Shown here in pieces: positions 29,183 through 44,887 of a DNA stretch of 64,000 bases (the first letter of the stretch is position 1; each line of letters starts with the position of its first letter). The DNA is from Eledone cirrhosa (lineage: Eukaryota): assembly GCA_964016885.1 (NCBI GenBank), contig OZ024748.1, forward strand, positions 45,446,001 to 45,510,000, in the 5' to 3' direction. The notes beneath the pieces are model-generated. The model had not been told where the DNA came from and made no database searches. It saw nothing but the letters and a program-made list of their open reading frames with translations. Both the position numbers and the translations under genes were made by a program.

Positions 29183-29700
29183 AGAATTCACAAGAATCAA
29201 AGCTATGTTCAAACCATTTATTCACTTACAATTGTTTCATCCAAACCTAGGCTTGGAGTCTTCGGAGCATTTTTCCATGTTTGTACACATGATTGACTTC
29301 CTTTCCAACGCAAGAGACATACAGATAGATATGTATATATTGATGTACAGTGGAGTGACATATATTATATTATATTTCTGTATAGCAATTCAAATTCAAA
29401 ATCAAAATCACATTAAAACAAAATCAAAGCAAAATTAAAATACAATCGGCATTTAACATAGATAATGCAAGAGGATAGTTTGTTAGTCAGATGTAGTAGT
29501 TATTTTAGTTATTTTATGCGTTAGTTACACGTGGGGCATGCACGTGTGTCTCATTTATATATGATTATTATGCGGCAGGGTGTTACATGTAATAGAAGCA
29601 CTTAAAGCGGGTAAGTAAGAGTATTATGGAGGTTGTAGTCGTAAGGTATTTTTTGTATAAGATACAGAAGTATGCGTGCAGAAAAATAGTATAAAGGAGA
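29183..29700 (-). mobile_element. Solo copy of the PLE upstream region with U4C hammerhead (29222-29270)
   Basis: Homologous to 39465-39950. atgct-CCGAAGA-ctccaagc ctag gtttggat-GAAAC aatt GTA-agtg. Confidence 0.75.
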
Positions 29701-29740
29701 AGCAAATGTGTATATGATGTATATGTATATATATATATAT

Positions 29741-29945
29741 CTTAGTCTTAGGTCCTCCTACCCTCTGGGTTATATTGGGAATTAAGTCTTCTCCAATTTA
29801 TATGATCAGCTAAAGCATCTTGTGTAGTTTCCCAGTCCAATCCTCTCGAGAACGTCTTTGAAAGTTGAGCGCCAGATTTTCTTGGCTCTCCCTTTTTAGC
29901 GCTTACCACCAACTGGAGTCCATCTCATTGCCACAGAGAGTGTTC
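29741..29945 (-). pseudogene. RTE-clade LINE 3' end
   Basis: Translation VAMRWTPVGGKR*KGRAKKIWRSTFKDVL, tail ctaagactaag. A shorter copy is at 37841-37942. Confidence 0.7.
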
Positions 29946-31563
29946 CAGTACTCAGACATACTCAGACATCTATCAGTTTAATCATAATGCTGTTGATTGT
30001 GCATATGTCGATTGAATGAATAGGTAGTATAACTGTTTGAACGACAGACTCCCCCACTGCCGAAATAGAAAGATATTTTTACAATTTAATTCTGTGTGTA
30101 GCCTGTGTGGAGCGTAAGCGTATGTATGTATGTACATATTTGTGTGTGTATGTGTGTGTCAGTATCTATGTGTAGTGTTTGTGAATGTGTGGGCGTCTCT
30201 CTGTGTGTAGTTGTGTTCTTATTTCCATACGTATATATGGGTCGGTTGAAAGTTCGTAAGCTGAGCAAGATACTCTCATGGAATGACCAAATGAGGTTTA
30301 TTTTATGGAATCAATGTTGCGGTTATTAATAAGAAGAGTTAAAATAAATACATGCAATATTTCACAGCTCTAGAATCCCTCCTTTATAGTCAGTCAATGA
30401 ACATCACAACCGACACCTCATACATAGATCTATAGGAGTGCTGAAAAAGCAGATGTGAAACAGTGGAAAATGGCGGATCAATCGTTTGAAGAAACAAAAT
30501 GGCGGCATCTTCACTGAGTAAACAAGAAAACATCAATCAATTAACACACACACACACTCACTCACAGACACACACACACACACACAAACAGACACACAAA
30601 CACAAACAAACACAAACACACACGTACACCCACACGCACACAGACAAACACAAACACACACTCACACTAACTAATACAAACACACACAATTATACACTGA
30701 CACACAAGCACACAGATGCAAATACGCGCACACACAACTACATACACACACACACCGATATACAAACACACACAGACACACAAATAAACATACAATCACA
30801 CATTCACAAATATATTAACACATACAAACACAAGCACACACTAACACACACACAGAAATACGCACACACACACAGGTCTTTCTTTCTCTCTTATATTATG
30901 ATTAATCATACATTTCACATTTACCTAACTCCATTTCCACAGAGTGCAGTATGTATGTATGTATGTATGTATGTATGTATGTATGTATGTATGTATGTAT
31001 GTATGTATGTATGTATGTATGTATGTATGTATGTATGTATGTATGTATACCTGCAACCCTCATGGTATCCAGTGATGTTGACTTGTTCTTCTTTTTGGTA
31101 AATATCATCTTGGTTAAGAGAGTGGGACTGGCTTTGTGCAGTGCCTTTGCTCACTATAAAAGCTTCACGGCACAGGCATTGCTTTATATCTGGAGATCTC
31201 TCTGCACTTGTCGTCACATGGTACCATGGGCCCAGCACTATGTGTCAATAATTGTCACAAGTGTAGTGTTTGTACCAGAGTTTTCAAGTCACTGGCTGGA
31301 GTAAAAAGTCACACTCGTTCAGCGAATCGGTAGGGGTTCTCCTACATGGATATAAAGTAGTGGCCATACTCGAAAACTAGTTTGAAGCCACCATGTATGT
31401 ATGTATGTATGTGTGTGTGTGTGTGTGTGTTTAAATGTATATTTATATGTGGATATATATGTTTGTGTGTTTCAGTGCATGTATATATATATATTTATAT
31501 ATGCATACTTATATCTATATGAGCATATATATGTGTGTGTTTTTATGTGCATGTATATATATG

Positions 31564-31679
<116 letters not shown>

Positions 31680-32010
31680 TACTTACATATATATGTGCAT
31701 ATATATGTGTGTGTGTTTTTATGTTTTATTGTATAGGTATATATATATATAGATATATCGATGTATGTATTCACTAGAAAAAGGTTTTACACCTGGGCTG
31801 ATGCAATAAACATTAGTGTGTTAAATATATTGGTTGCTATACATATCTAATTCAATAATGCAGTTTATTGCATGCATGTTCACTCTAACACACACAAGAT
31901 TGCACTCAATATATGGTGTAGGGCATATTTACTCGAAAAAAACGATTTCCCCCTCGTGATTTTACGTGATTTTACAACTAAAACATATCTTGCTAGAAAA
32001 GCCGAACGAA

Positions 32011-32147
<137 letters not shown>

Positions 32148-32365
32148 AATATACCCAGTTCAAGAATAACCAATCTTAAAGAGAGAGATGGAGATAGGGG
32201 AGGAGATATGAGAGGAGAGATTGGTGAATTAGTTAGAAGCCAAAGCGTAAAGGCATGTGCTCAATGTGCAATATGCAGTAGAAAGCAGCTAGGTGGCTGG
32301 GTTCATGCAGAAGTTAGGCGCGCACAGATGGAAATATTCATTAATTAAGCAAAACAAGACCATAA

Positions 32366-32507
<142 letters not shown>

Positions 32508-32648
32508 GAGTTAAACAAGATTCAATGAGTACATAAAAGAATGAGTTTTACAGTAGATTGGAAGCACTCTACAATCAAATAATTTTCCAGAGTTATTAAT
32601 ATTAAAATACAAATATTAATAAAATAGATGTTCTTTTGATCAATAACA

Positions 32649-32699
32649 TTTTATTATATATATTTCAGAGGTACAAAAGTACGTCCTCATCAGACAAAA
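32649..32699 (-). ncRNA. Type I hammerhead ribozyme
   Basis: ttttgt-CTGATGA-ggacgtac tttt gtacctct-GAAA tatata TA-ataaaa. Confidence 0.75.
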
Positions 32700-32842
32700 T
32701 ATAATGATACATGACATACCTTGAGATGTTAAATGGTTAAGATTTAATCAAGGTAGTATTAATATATATATATATGTTATGTTATATGTTATATGTTATG
32801 AAATGCTGTTGGCTTCACGCTCACAATAATTTCTATACTTTC

Positions 32843-32943
<101 letters not shown>

Positions 32944-32974
32944 TATATATATGTATATATATATAAATAAATAA

Positions 32975-33078
<104 letters not shown>

Positions 33079-33228
33079 TGTTATACTTTGGGAGGGTCAT
33101 GTTGCCAATAAGAAACACACGCACCGGTTGCTTTCACTTCAATTTATTATAATAAATTTATAAATTTAGGAATTTATTAATTTCCGGTTGGTTAGTTGGT
33201 TCCACAACCAGATGGTTGTTTATATATT

Positions 33229-33271
33229 GTCAAAGTTCTTTCGTCACACATTCTGTGACATCTTCAGTGAC
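33229..33271 (-). ncRNA. Type I hammerhead in the left arm of an inverted repeat (duplicate 35658-35700)
   Basis: gtca-CTGAAGA-tgtcac agaatgt gtgac-GAAAG aa CTT-tgac. Inverted arms at about 33075-33256 and 33343-33525. Confidence 0.8.
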
Positions 33272-34312
33272 TGGGGGTTCTTTTCTTTGTTTTTTGTGCC
33301 TCTCCTTTGTTCTGTCCTACGCCATATTGTTTTTGTAAGACACACAGAATGTGTGACGAAAGAACTTTGACAATATATAAACAACCATCTGGTTGTGGAA
33401 CCAACCAACCAACCGGAAATTTATAAATTCCTAAATTTATAAATTTATTATAATAAATTGAAGTGAAAGCAACTGGTGCGTGTGTTTCTTATTGGCAACA
33501 TGACCCTCCCAAAGTATAACAATATCGGTTTCAACACACGTTTTCAGATAAAGTATCTTGCTAAACAAATTCAGAAACGAAATATATATATATATATATA
33601 CTGCTTGACCACTTCCTGTTGCGCGCGCACCCCACATCTCTCCTCTTCCGACCATCGCTTCATGGAATACTCGTACGTAGAACTTGACCACTACAGAATC
33701 CACTAAACATCATCGGATTTTACCAACTTTTCAACCATCCTCTTACGTAATCACCTATATAACTCACCCACACACACACCCCAAATTTTTTTTTCTCCAC
33801 ACGCCACCTACACCCACAACACGCTTAAACCCCACACACACGTGCTTTCCACCACATATTTACACCCTCAGCCTCCTGATTCCTCTCCCCCACCCCTCTA
33901 TCCACACACGCACAGACACTCCGACCTACACCCCCCACACACACCTCTTCCTGAACATGCAACCCCGTTCTTCCCCCAACCCTTACTTCACATACACACA
34001 CACACACGTACACCTACACACACACCACCTTCAGCCCTCCCCGCTCGGACACCCCGTCTCCCTCTCCCCACTCCACCCGCCACCACCCCTACACACACCC
34101 ACACCCTTCCACCACCTGTTTTACCCCCCTTTTAATTTCAGTTTATTTTGATCATGCTTTTATATTTAAATTTATTTCATTCCTTGTATTTTGATCATGC
34201 TTTATTTTTATTTTTATTTTAATTTTTAATTTCATTCGCACCGTTTCCTTTCGCTATATGTCTCTCCACCACCACCCTACACACACTTTTAACTCTGTTC
34301 CCACACACTTCT

Positions 34313-34346
34313 CACCTGAGGAAGGGCTTATGCCCGAAACGTCGTT
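34313..34346 (+). ncRNA. Minimal hammerhead, family B (duplicate 36742-36775)
   Basis: cac-CTGAGGA-agggc ttat gccc-GAAAC-GTC-gtt. Confidence 0.75.
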
Positions 34347-34432
34347 CCCCACCAACACCCCACTCTCCAGAGCGTGAAATTAATAAACATTCGTTGTACT
34401 GCCTCTCTGTTTTGTTCCTGTTCAAATTTTTC

Positions 34433-34520
<88 letters not shown>

Positions 34521-34569
34521 CATTATATTAGCAAATGGAAACTATATTTATAAAACCATATTTATTTCA

Positions 34570-34625
34570 TTATACATATTTCAAGGGCCACCAAGGCAAA
34601 CTATGGTGCGCTTTCATCAGATAAA
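34570..34625 (-). ncRNA. Type I hammerhead (duplicate 36993-37048)
   Basis: tttat-CTGATGA-aagcgcacca tagtttgcct tggtggccctt-GAAA tat GTA-taa. Confidence 0.75.
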
Positions 34626-35303
34626 ATATAATATAGGTTTGTTTTATAAATAAATATTGACATACCCTGAAAAAAATGAAACCATTCTGGTTGGAATCTC
34701 CTGGATAGTAGAGTTATTAGATTTATTGTTGGTTTATTATGCAAATTAGTGTGGGAAAGGTTTAAATAACAGTATATTTAAATTAAGCCGTTGGAATAGG
34801 GAAAAAAGAAAGAAAGAGAAAAAAAAAGAAAAAAACGAAAGAAAGAAAAAAACCTTAGTATATTTAAGTGAGAGAGAATAGCGTAATTTTGAGAGAAGAG
34901 GCGAAGAAATAAATATATCTAATGTTTAATTAATACATTTGATTAAATGCTTAATTAATAATTTATCAATTCAATCCGTAGTTTAAATGTTTAAATGTGT
35001 ATGGTAGATTATTAAAGTTGAGACCTATATATTATTAAAGAATATATATTATTAAAATATATATTATTAGAAAATATGTTATTATTACAAACCATATATA
35101 ATTTTATTAAATATTAATTAATTATTAAAAAAAATTTGTAAGTTTGAAATATCCGAATATTAAGCTCATGGACATTCCGAGAGTTTACAAACTCCGAGAG
35201 TTTGCTAATATATTGTATATTTACTCCAATAATTTGTTGAGTGCTTTATATCAGTTATAAAAATATTTTGCTTGTTGTATCCTAACAAATTTAATATAAC
35301 CTC

Positions 35304-35383
<80 letters not shown>

Positions 35384-35413
35384 TATATATATGTATATAT
35401 ATATAAATAAATA

Positions 35414-35507
<94 letters not shown>

Positions 35508-36862
35508 TGTTATACTTTGGGAGGGTCATGTTGCCAATAAGAAACACACGCACCGGTTGCTTTCACTTCAATTTATTATAATAAATTTATAAATTTAGGA
35601 ATTTATTAATTTCCGGTTGGTTAGTTGGTTCCACAACCAGATGGTTGTTTATATATTGTCAAAGTTCTTTCGTCACACATTCTGTGACATCTTCAGTGAC
35701 TGGGGGTTCTTTTCTTTGTTTTTTGTGCCTCTCCTTTGTTCTGTCCTACGCCATATTGTTTTTGTAAGACACACAGAATGTGTGACGAAAGAACTTTGAC
35801 AATATATAAACAACCATCTGGTTGTGGAACCAACCAACCAACCGGAAATTTATAAATTCCTAAATTTATAAATTTATTATAATAAATTGAAGTGAAAGCA
35901 ACTGGTGCGTGTGTTTCTTATTGGCAACATGACCCTCCCAAAGTATAACAATATCGGTTTCAACACACGTTTTCAGATAAAGTATCTTGCTAAACAAATT
36001 CAGAAACGAAATATATATATATATATATACTGCTTGACCACTTCCTGTTGCGCGCGCACCCCACATCTCTCCTCTTCCGACCATCGCTTCATGGAATACT
36101 CGTACGTAGAACTTGACCACTACAGAATCCACTAAACATCATCGGATTTTACCAACTTTTCAACCATCCTCTTACGTAATCACCTATATAACTCACCCAC
36201 ACACACACCCCAAATTTTTTTTTCTCCACACGCCACCTACACCCACAACACGCTTAAACCCCACACACACGTGCTTTCCACCACATATTTACACCCTCAG
36301 CCTCCTGATTCCTCTCCCCCACCCCTCTATCCACACACGCACAGACACTCCGACCTACACCCCCCACACACACCTCTTCCTGAACATGCAACCCCGTTCT
36401 TCCCCCAACCCTTACTTCACATACACACACACACACGTACACCTACACACACACCACCTTCAGCCCTCCCCGCTCGGACACCCCGTCTCCCTCTCCCCAC
36501 TCCACCCGCCACCACCCCTACACACACCCACACCCTTCCACCACCTGTTTTACCCCCCTTTTAATTTCAGTTTATTTTGATCATGCTTTTATATTTAAAT
36601 TTATTTCATTCCTTGTATTTTGATCATGCTTTATTTTTATTTTTATTTTAATTTTTAATTTCATTCGCACCGTTTCCTTTCGCTATATGTCTCTCCACCA
36701 CCACCCTACACACACTTTTAACTCTGTTCCCACACACTTCTCACCTGAGGAAGGGCTTATGCCCGAAACGTCGTTCCCCACCAACACCCCACTCTCCAGA
36801 GCGTGAAATTAATAAACATTCGTTGTACTGCCTCTCTGTTTTGTTCCTGTTCAAATTTTTCC

Positions 36863-36943
<81 letters not shown>

Positions 36944-37726
36944 CATTATATTAGCAAATGGAAACTATATTTATAAAACCATATTTATTTCATTATACAT
37001 ATTTCAAGGGCCACCAAGGCAAACTATGGTGCGCTTTCATCAGATAAAATATAATATAGGTTTGTTTTATAAATAAATATTGACATACCCTGAAAAAAAT
37101 GAAACCATTCTGGTTGGAATCTCCTGGATAGTAGAGTTATTAGATTTATTGTTGGTTTATTATGCAAATTAGTGTGGGAAAGGTTTAAATAACAGTATAT
37201 TTAAATTAAGCCGTTGGAATAGGGAAAAAAGAAAGAAAGAGAAAAAAAGAGAAAAAAACGAAAGAAAGAAAAAAACCTTAGTATATTTAAGTGAGAGAGA
37301 ATAGCGTAATTTTGAGAGAAGAGGCGAAGAAATAAATATATCTAATGTTTAATTAATACATTTGATTAAATGCTTAATTAATAATTTATCAATTCAATCC
37401 GTAGTTTAAATGTTTAAATGTGTATGGTAGATTATTAAAGTTGAGACATATATATTATTAAAGAATATATATTATTAAAATATATATTATTAGAAAATAT
37501 GTTATTATTACAAACCATATATAATTTTATTAAATATTAATTAATTATTAAAAAAAATTTGTAAGTTTGAAATATCCGAATATTAAGCTCATGGACATTC
37601 CGAGAGTTTACAAACTCCGAGAGTTTGCTAATATATTGTATATTTACTCCAATAATTTGTTGAGTGCTTTATATCAGTTATAAAAATATTTTGCTTGTTG
37701 TATCCTAACAAATTTAATATAACCTC

Positions 37727-37843
<117 letters not shown>

Positions 37844-37956
37844 TAGTCTTAGGTCCTACCCTCTGGGTTATATTGGGGATTAATTCTTCTCCAATTTATA
37901 TGATCAGCTGCAGCATCTTGCATAGTTTCCCAGTCCAATCCTTATGTATATATATA

Positions 37957-38002
<46 letters not shown>

Positions 38003-38080
38003 TAGATAGATAGAGATTTATATACATAAATGTGTGTGTATGTAAAAGGTAAACAGAAATAACAACACAATCGGTACAGT

Positions 38081-39258
38081 TTATGTAAAGAATATATTTT
38101 TAGTGTTTTTGTCTATGGTGATACTTAGGTTATAGTTTTTGAAAGTCTTATGCAATAGTTTCCTAGTTCTTTCTATATTAAAGTTTTTATAGTCTATAAG
38201 GAGTAGTGCATCATCGCGGTACAAACCACCGTTGAGGTATGGTAGGTTCTTATGGATTTCGTTTAGTAGGTATAGGCCCACTAAATCAGTGACCTGCGCC
38301 GCGTCACTAGATCCCATGGTTATGTCAAAGTTGTTATGCGTATCCTTGCGGGTCCATAACTGATCTTCAAAAGTGATTACGGTTTTACGGGCCGCAAGTA
38401 TGACATCAATCTGGGGTCTAGTCAGGTCACTATTGTTCATGGCCATAGTTAGTGCTTTATTTAATAGGATAGGGGAAACAGAGGTGTAGTATGAATTGAT
38501 ATCAAACTGAATAAATTTTTTATTTTTGTTTTCCTTGATCATATCCTTAAACCATTCAATGACTTCACCCGTATTTCCCCACTGTTTAACGTATATTTTG
38601 TGTTTAATCTGTGGGATGATTTTATCTAAAATTTTCTTACTGATAATGCCAATGTCAGACTTGGAAGGGAAGATTAGTCTAATCGAAGGGTTACTAATGA
38701 AATCCTCCTTATGGTCCTCCAGAGAGAATCTAGGGGGCTCGGGGTGTATGGTTGTGTATGTCTCTGAAGTCCCAGTTTGGACACTATATTACGGCCTTCC
38801 AAATTAATATCTTCTAGGTTTTTCAAAGTAGTTTTCTTGTAGCTCTTGTGTAGTTCACTATATATAAACTTTCTATATGTATCATAATCTAGGCTGTATA
38901 TGTTATTAGTTTTATCCGCATGCACAATAATTTTACTACTTGTTTTGAATCCATTAATAGAGGAGTTAAGTTTGTTTAAGAAGGTGTTGTTTCTATTACG
39001 ATGCTTTTTGTATTTAATGTTCTTAACTAGTTTTATTAGGTCACTTTCAAAGGAGTTTAGTAGTGTGTTGTGAGGGAGGCTTCTAAAAGTTATAAAGCCG
39101 AAGGAGTCGAATTTGTTAGTATCATCAATTTTGTTAGATCTGTTTTTATCATAATGGAATGTCCTCCATCTCACTCTATTGATAAAGGAGTTGACACTAC
39201 TGATCAATAATTTCTCGTATGTATCTTTGTATGGTATTGGTATGTTCTTGGTTGACAT
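38081..39258 (-). pseudogene. Penelope-like element ORF: N-terminus and reverse transcriptase, frameshifted and 3'-truncated
   Basis: KNIPIP...RVRWR N-terminus, ADKTNNIY, RLIFPSKSDIG, FDINSYYTSV, FDITMGSSDAAQVTDLVGLYLL, GLYRDD. Confidence 0.9.
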
Positions 39259-39505
39259 AGGAAGTTGATCTTTGATCAGTATACTCGTAATTTAATGTAT
39301 GTTAGCTCAACAGTATGGAGCAGTTAATAATATTAAGGATACTATTTATAGTTATGTATATTTTAAACCATAAACAAGGAAGGTCAGTAATTTATTACTA
39401 CCATATTACCAGTAAGATAAATAGCTCAATGTAGTAACATCAGTTGTTCTACAGAGCAGTTATATAGAATTCACAAAAATCAAAGCTATGTTCAAAGCAT
39501 TTATT

Positions 39506-39553
39506 CACTTACAATTGTTTCGTCCAAACCTAAGCTTGGAGTCTTCGGAGCAT
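39506..39553 (-). ncRNA. Hammerhead (U4C core) upstream of the PLE ORF
   Basis: atgct-CCGAAGA-ctccaagc ttag gtttggac-GAAAC aatt GTA-agtg, about 250 nt upstream of the ATG at 39258. Confidence 0.72.
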
Positions 39554-40419
39554 TTTTCAATGTTTGTACATATGATTGACCTCCTATCCAACGCAAGAGA
39601 CATACAGATACATATATATATATATTGACGTACAGTGGAGTGACATATATTATACTATACTATATTTGTACAGCAATTCAAATTCAAAATCAAAATCAAA
39701 ACTAAAATTAAAATTAAAATACATTCGGCAGATAACACAGATAATGCAAGAGGATAGTTTGATAGTCAGATCTAGTAGGTAGTGTATGCGCTAGTTACAC
39801 ATGGAGCATGCAAGTGTGTCTCATTTATATACGATTATTGTGTGGCAAGGTGTTACATGTAATGCAAGCACTTTAAGCGGGTAAGCAAGAGTATTATGGT
39901 GGTTGTAGTGGTAGGGTATGTTTTGTATAGACAAAAAAATATGTGTGCAGAAAAAGAGAAAGAAAAAGAAAACGAAAGTTATAGTTTTCGCATCCACCAC
40001 CATTTTCACATTCAGAAAAAGGAAGAAATATTTTTTAGATCCATCACATAAGTTACGGTGATTCCGTATTGAATGTTTGATGCATTAAATTATTGTAGCC
40101 TATTGACGCTCAGTGTTATTTAATCCATATTTATAGAATAGGTTCTTTCTGCTGCGAGAATTTACAGTGGTTTATTACCCGGAAGTAGGTGTGTAACTAA
40201 GGGGAGTTAATGCGTAAGGGGAGGTATCTAGCTGATTCTCATAACTAAATTGATTGTTCTAACATACATTATATGGTGCCTCAATTGAGTCCCTTATATA
40301 AAAAGTTATATATTTATATCTAATTTTTAATTTTAAATATTAAATACAGTCTACTCTATCATAATGTATTAAAGGTATCTATAGGAAGTTGATTACTCTT
40401 TATTATGTAGTGCTATAAT

Positions 40420-40608
40420 AGGGGCGGTGAATTGGCAGTATCGGTAGAGGGTCGGACGCCATGCTTTGACGCATAGAGTTACGGCCCTTGCCATTCTGAG
40501 TCCAAATCCCGCCGAGGTTAACTTTGCCTTTCATCCTTACGGAGTCGATAAAATAAAGTACCAATAATGTACTGGGTAATTGCTGGCCTTGTGCCAACAG
40601 TAGAAACA
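40420..40608 (+). mobile_element. SINE family 1 with 18-bp TSD, nested in the PLE
   Basis: TSD attatgtagtgctataat at 40402-40419 and 40609-40626. Confidence 0.9.
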
Positions 40609-41174
40609 ATTATGTAGTGCTATAATTGAATTTTCCATACAAAGTGCCATATGTTTATATCAAAGTTCACTGTAAATACAGTCTACTCTCAAAACATATC
40701 TATTAGAACTTTGCCTACATAACCGCTGGTAAGATATGGAACAGCGTATGGCTGTTTGTATGACAAAACCAAATACATCTCTTGGGTAGACAAATACATC
40801 CCTCATTTACAATGTCATTAATCTATCCATCAAGTTATACATGCATATGTAATTCATATATAATTCATTGCACCACCCTATATATTAGTTAAACAGATCC
40901 CTTATGTTAATAAATTAATCTTATATATATCTAATGTTATTATTCCATACATTTAATTACAATTGCATATATAATCCACTGCCTTATCTAGTATTTAAAG
41001 TTTATACAGACTGTATTATATGTGTTTATGGGGATATTTCTAGGCTATAAAGTTATAGATAGATAGAATGATTTGTGTCGAGGTAAGGTTGGATCAGAGA
41101 GTGTGGTGTTGTGGTGTAAGGTGTGCCCTTGAGGTGTGGTGTTAGAAGCGGTGATGGGTTCAAGTCTGACATTG

Positions 41175-41558
41175 TCATATATTGGGTTTAAAGTTTTGGA
41201 AGGAGTGCCGGAAGCGGTGCTGGCACGACGCAAACACTTCGGATTTTTTATTAAGGAGGTTAAGGTTCGTGAAGATTATAGTATGTGTCTCTAGTAGACA
41301 GAGGTTACAACATTTATTAGGTGGTCTGTACGATGCCGCTTTACCTATCACTTCCCATTGAAGTGTATGTGATCTATTTCTAGTTTTCAGATAGTGTATG
41401 TAGCTAGATAGTGAAGTGGAGTTGGCGAGACTGTATTTTTTGAAAGAATAGAGATGCGAATTGTATCTGGTTTTGAAGCAGTTCGAAGTGGAGCCTATAT
41501 AGGTCTCAGAAGAGTTGCTAGTTCTGACCGTGCATGAGTAGATGGTGTCCTTGACTAA
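41175..41558 (-). pseudogene. GIY-YIG endonuclease C-terminal fragment of a PLE (not in ORF track)
   Basis: Open 127-codon frame [39 protein letters not shown]...TSLSSYI...CNLCLLETH...LLNKKSE...CQHR to a stop. Cut at its 5' side by (TA)n. Confidence 0.88.
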
Positions 41559-41565
41559 GCTTTTT

Positions 41566-41655
<90 letters not shown>

Positions 41656-41674
41656 TACATATATATATATATGA

Positions 41675-41739
<65 letters not shown>

Positions 41740-41755
41740 ATATATATGTATATAT

Positions 41756-41809
<54 letters not shown>

Positions 41810-42396
41810 TTTACGTATCGAGAAAGAGAGAAAAAAAGGAGGGATAGGTGATACATATAGTTATTTGCCAAGTAGCGTATGCCACTTATATATGTCGAGT
41901 CACTCTTGAGTGCTACTGGTAACATGTAACCCAGTACAACCTGTTGCATGGTCGGATCGTCAGCGACTAAACCGGCAACCCCACCAAGTTTACTTGGTTA
42001 GGAGGGTGATTTTGGACACCCAGCAGGACAAAAAACAAAACCTGACAAAGGGCGTAAGTACTCATAAGAGTCAACGGCCATCCAAAAGTGTATAAATATG
42101 TATATACACATGTAAAGGACCCCTGGCCTTTGTCAGGGCATTCTTCTAGGAGAAGGTAACTCAGGAAACTGGGATAACTCTGACAATAAACGTGCGGTGC
42201 AGTAGTTATTGATGATGTTGATCTTTTCTTCTTTTCGGGTTATAACTACTGTCGTTCAGAGAGTGGGATTGGCTCAGTGCACATTCTTTCGTCACTTTAA
42301 AAAAATCTTCACACACAGGCATTTCACGATAGAATTAATTAATAATTATTAATAATGGTATATCGTGCAATAGTCATACTCGATAACGAGGGGGAA

Positions 42397-42435
<39 letters not shown>

Positions 42436-43282
42436 TATGTTTATGTGTGTGTGTTTTTCTATATATGTATAAAAATATCATGAGGAGATATTGCTTGTCG
42501 GCTGAGCTCTTGCCGTTTCCACAAAAAGTCGAATAGTTATCTTTATACTATCAACGCTAAACTTCCTGAATTACTATTACTAATCTGAATCATGATCTTA
42601 ATACTCTACACTGGTAACTCCCATTTTATCTGCCTGTCTATCTATCTACTTCTCTATCTATCGTATGTATGTATGTATGTTCTTCTGGTTTTATAATTTC
42701 ACCAATTTTTTCCCAATAGAGAGAGAGTCGGTTTCTAACATAGACACAAGACTCTCTCATTGGAATTTACACAACATCAACTAGGTAGATTATGTATGCA
42801 TGCATGTGTAGATATGGATGTTTTTGTATGTATGGCTGTGTATGTTTTGAGTTGTATGTGTGCATGTGTATATGCTTTGTATCTATACATGTGTATATGC
42901 AGTTATTAGATGCAACATTTTTGGAATGTTTTACATATTTTTACTGTTCCATTAATGGATTATACTTGTAATTTCCTAACTAGTTGTGTTCTTTCTGTTC
43001 CTGTGAAGCCTAGCTTCTCAAGTTTTGTATTGAGGCAGTTACTAACATACTCCAGTTCCCCAGTGTATGTATGTATGTATGTATGTATGTATGTATGTAT
43101 GTATGTATGTATGTATGTATGTATGTATGTATCACTCTCTCTCTCTCTGTATATATATATATATATATATAAATATATGCACACATATATAAAAGTATGT
43201 AAATACACATACATATGCACACACACACTAACACACACACATATATATATATGTATGTATATGTATATAATATATATATATA

Positions 43283-43598
<316 letters not shown>

Positions 43599-43701
43599 AA
43601 TATATATATATAGTAATAATAGATTAAAGTTTAATCAAAGAATCACTGTTTTCACCCTTAAGGGTGGAAGCAGTAATAAATATATGTATATATATATATT
43701 A

Positions 43702-43760
<59 letters not shown>

Positions 43761-43772
43761 CATATATTATAT

Positions 43773-43809
<37 letters not shown>

Positions 43810-43898
43810 CATATATTATATGGTATATATATATATATATATATATACCATATAATATATGTAATATATATATATATATATATACCATATAATATATG

Positions 43899-43948
<50 letters not shown>

Positions 43949-43959
43949 CCATACACACA

Positions 43960-44087
<128 letters not shown>

Positions 44088-44386
44088 AATATATGTATAG
44101 TGTATTACCGGAATTCTCTAGCTCATTACGGATATGGAAAGACAAAAATAGATTTATTCACCTACAGTCAGATTCTCATACACAATTTCCATTTTCCATT
44201 ACTAAACCATCTCTAGGTTGTAACAAATACATATGATGCAATCTCTAGAAGTAAAAACACCGACTTTCTTGCATAAAGTATTGTTAATACACACCATTTG
44301 ATCACTTAGTTCACCCCAGAGAGGCACAGTGTGTGGGAAACCCCCATAGCTAGGCACTATAGAAGAAAACTCTGACGCACAACTGA

Positions 44387-44466
<80 letters not shown>

Positions 44467-44505
44467 ATATCTATATATATCTATATATATATATATATAT
44501 ATATA

Positions 44506-44584
<79 letters not shown>

Positions 44585-44686
44585 GATATACATATGTGTG
44601 TGTGTATGTATATATATATATATATCTTTTAAATATATGTGTAAGTATATATAATATATATTTGTGTGTATGTATATATATTTATG

Positions 44687-44746
<60 letters not shown>

Positions 44747-44887
44747 TATTCATATAAATGTATATATGTATATATATAATATGTATATATGTATTTGAAT
44801 TTCGATTTTCTAAGAAATGCGGTATGTTTATAAATAAACATTTAGAAAGCCATAGCTATGAAATAGATTTTATATATATGAATGTAT

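Noticed and set aside
29183-29845. Rearranged segmental duplication with 37841-39950
   Set aside because: The two shared blocks are separate mobile-element fragments (a PLE upstream region and an RTE 3' end).
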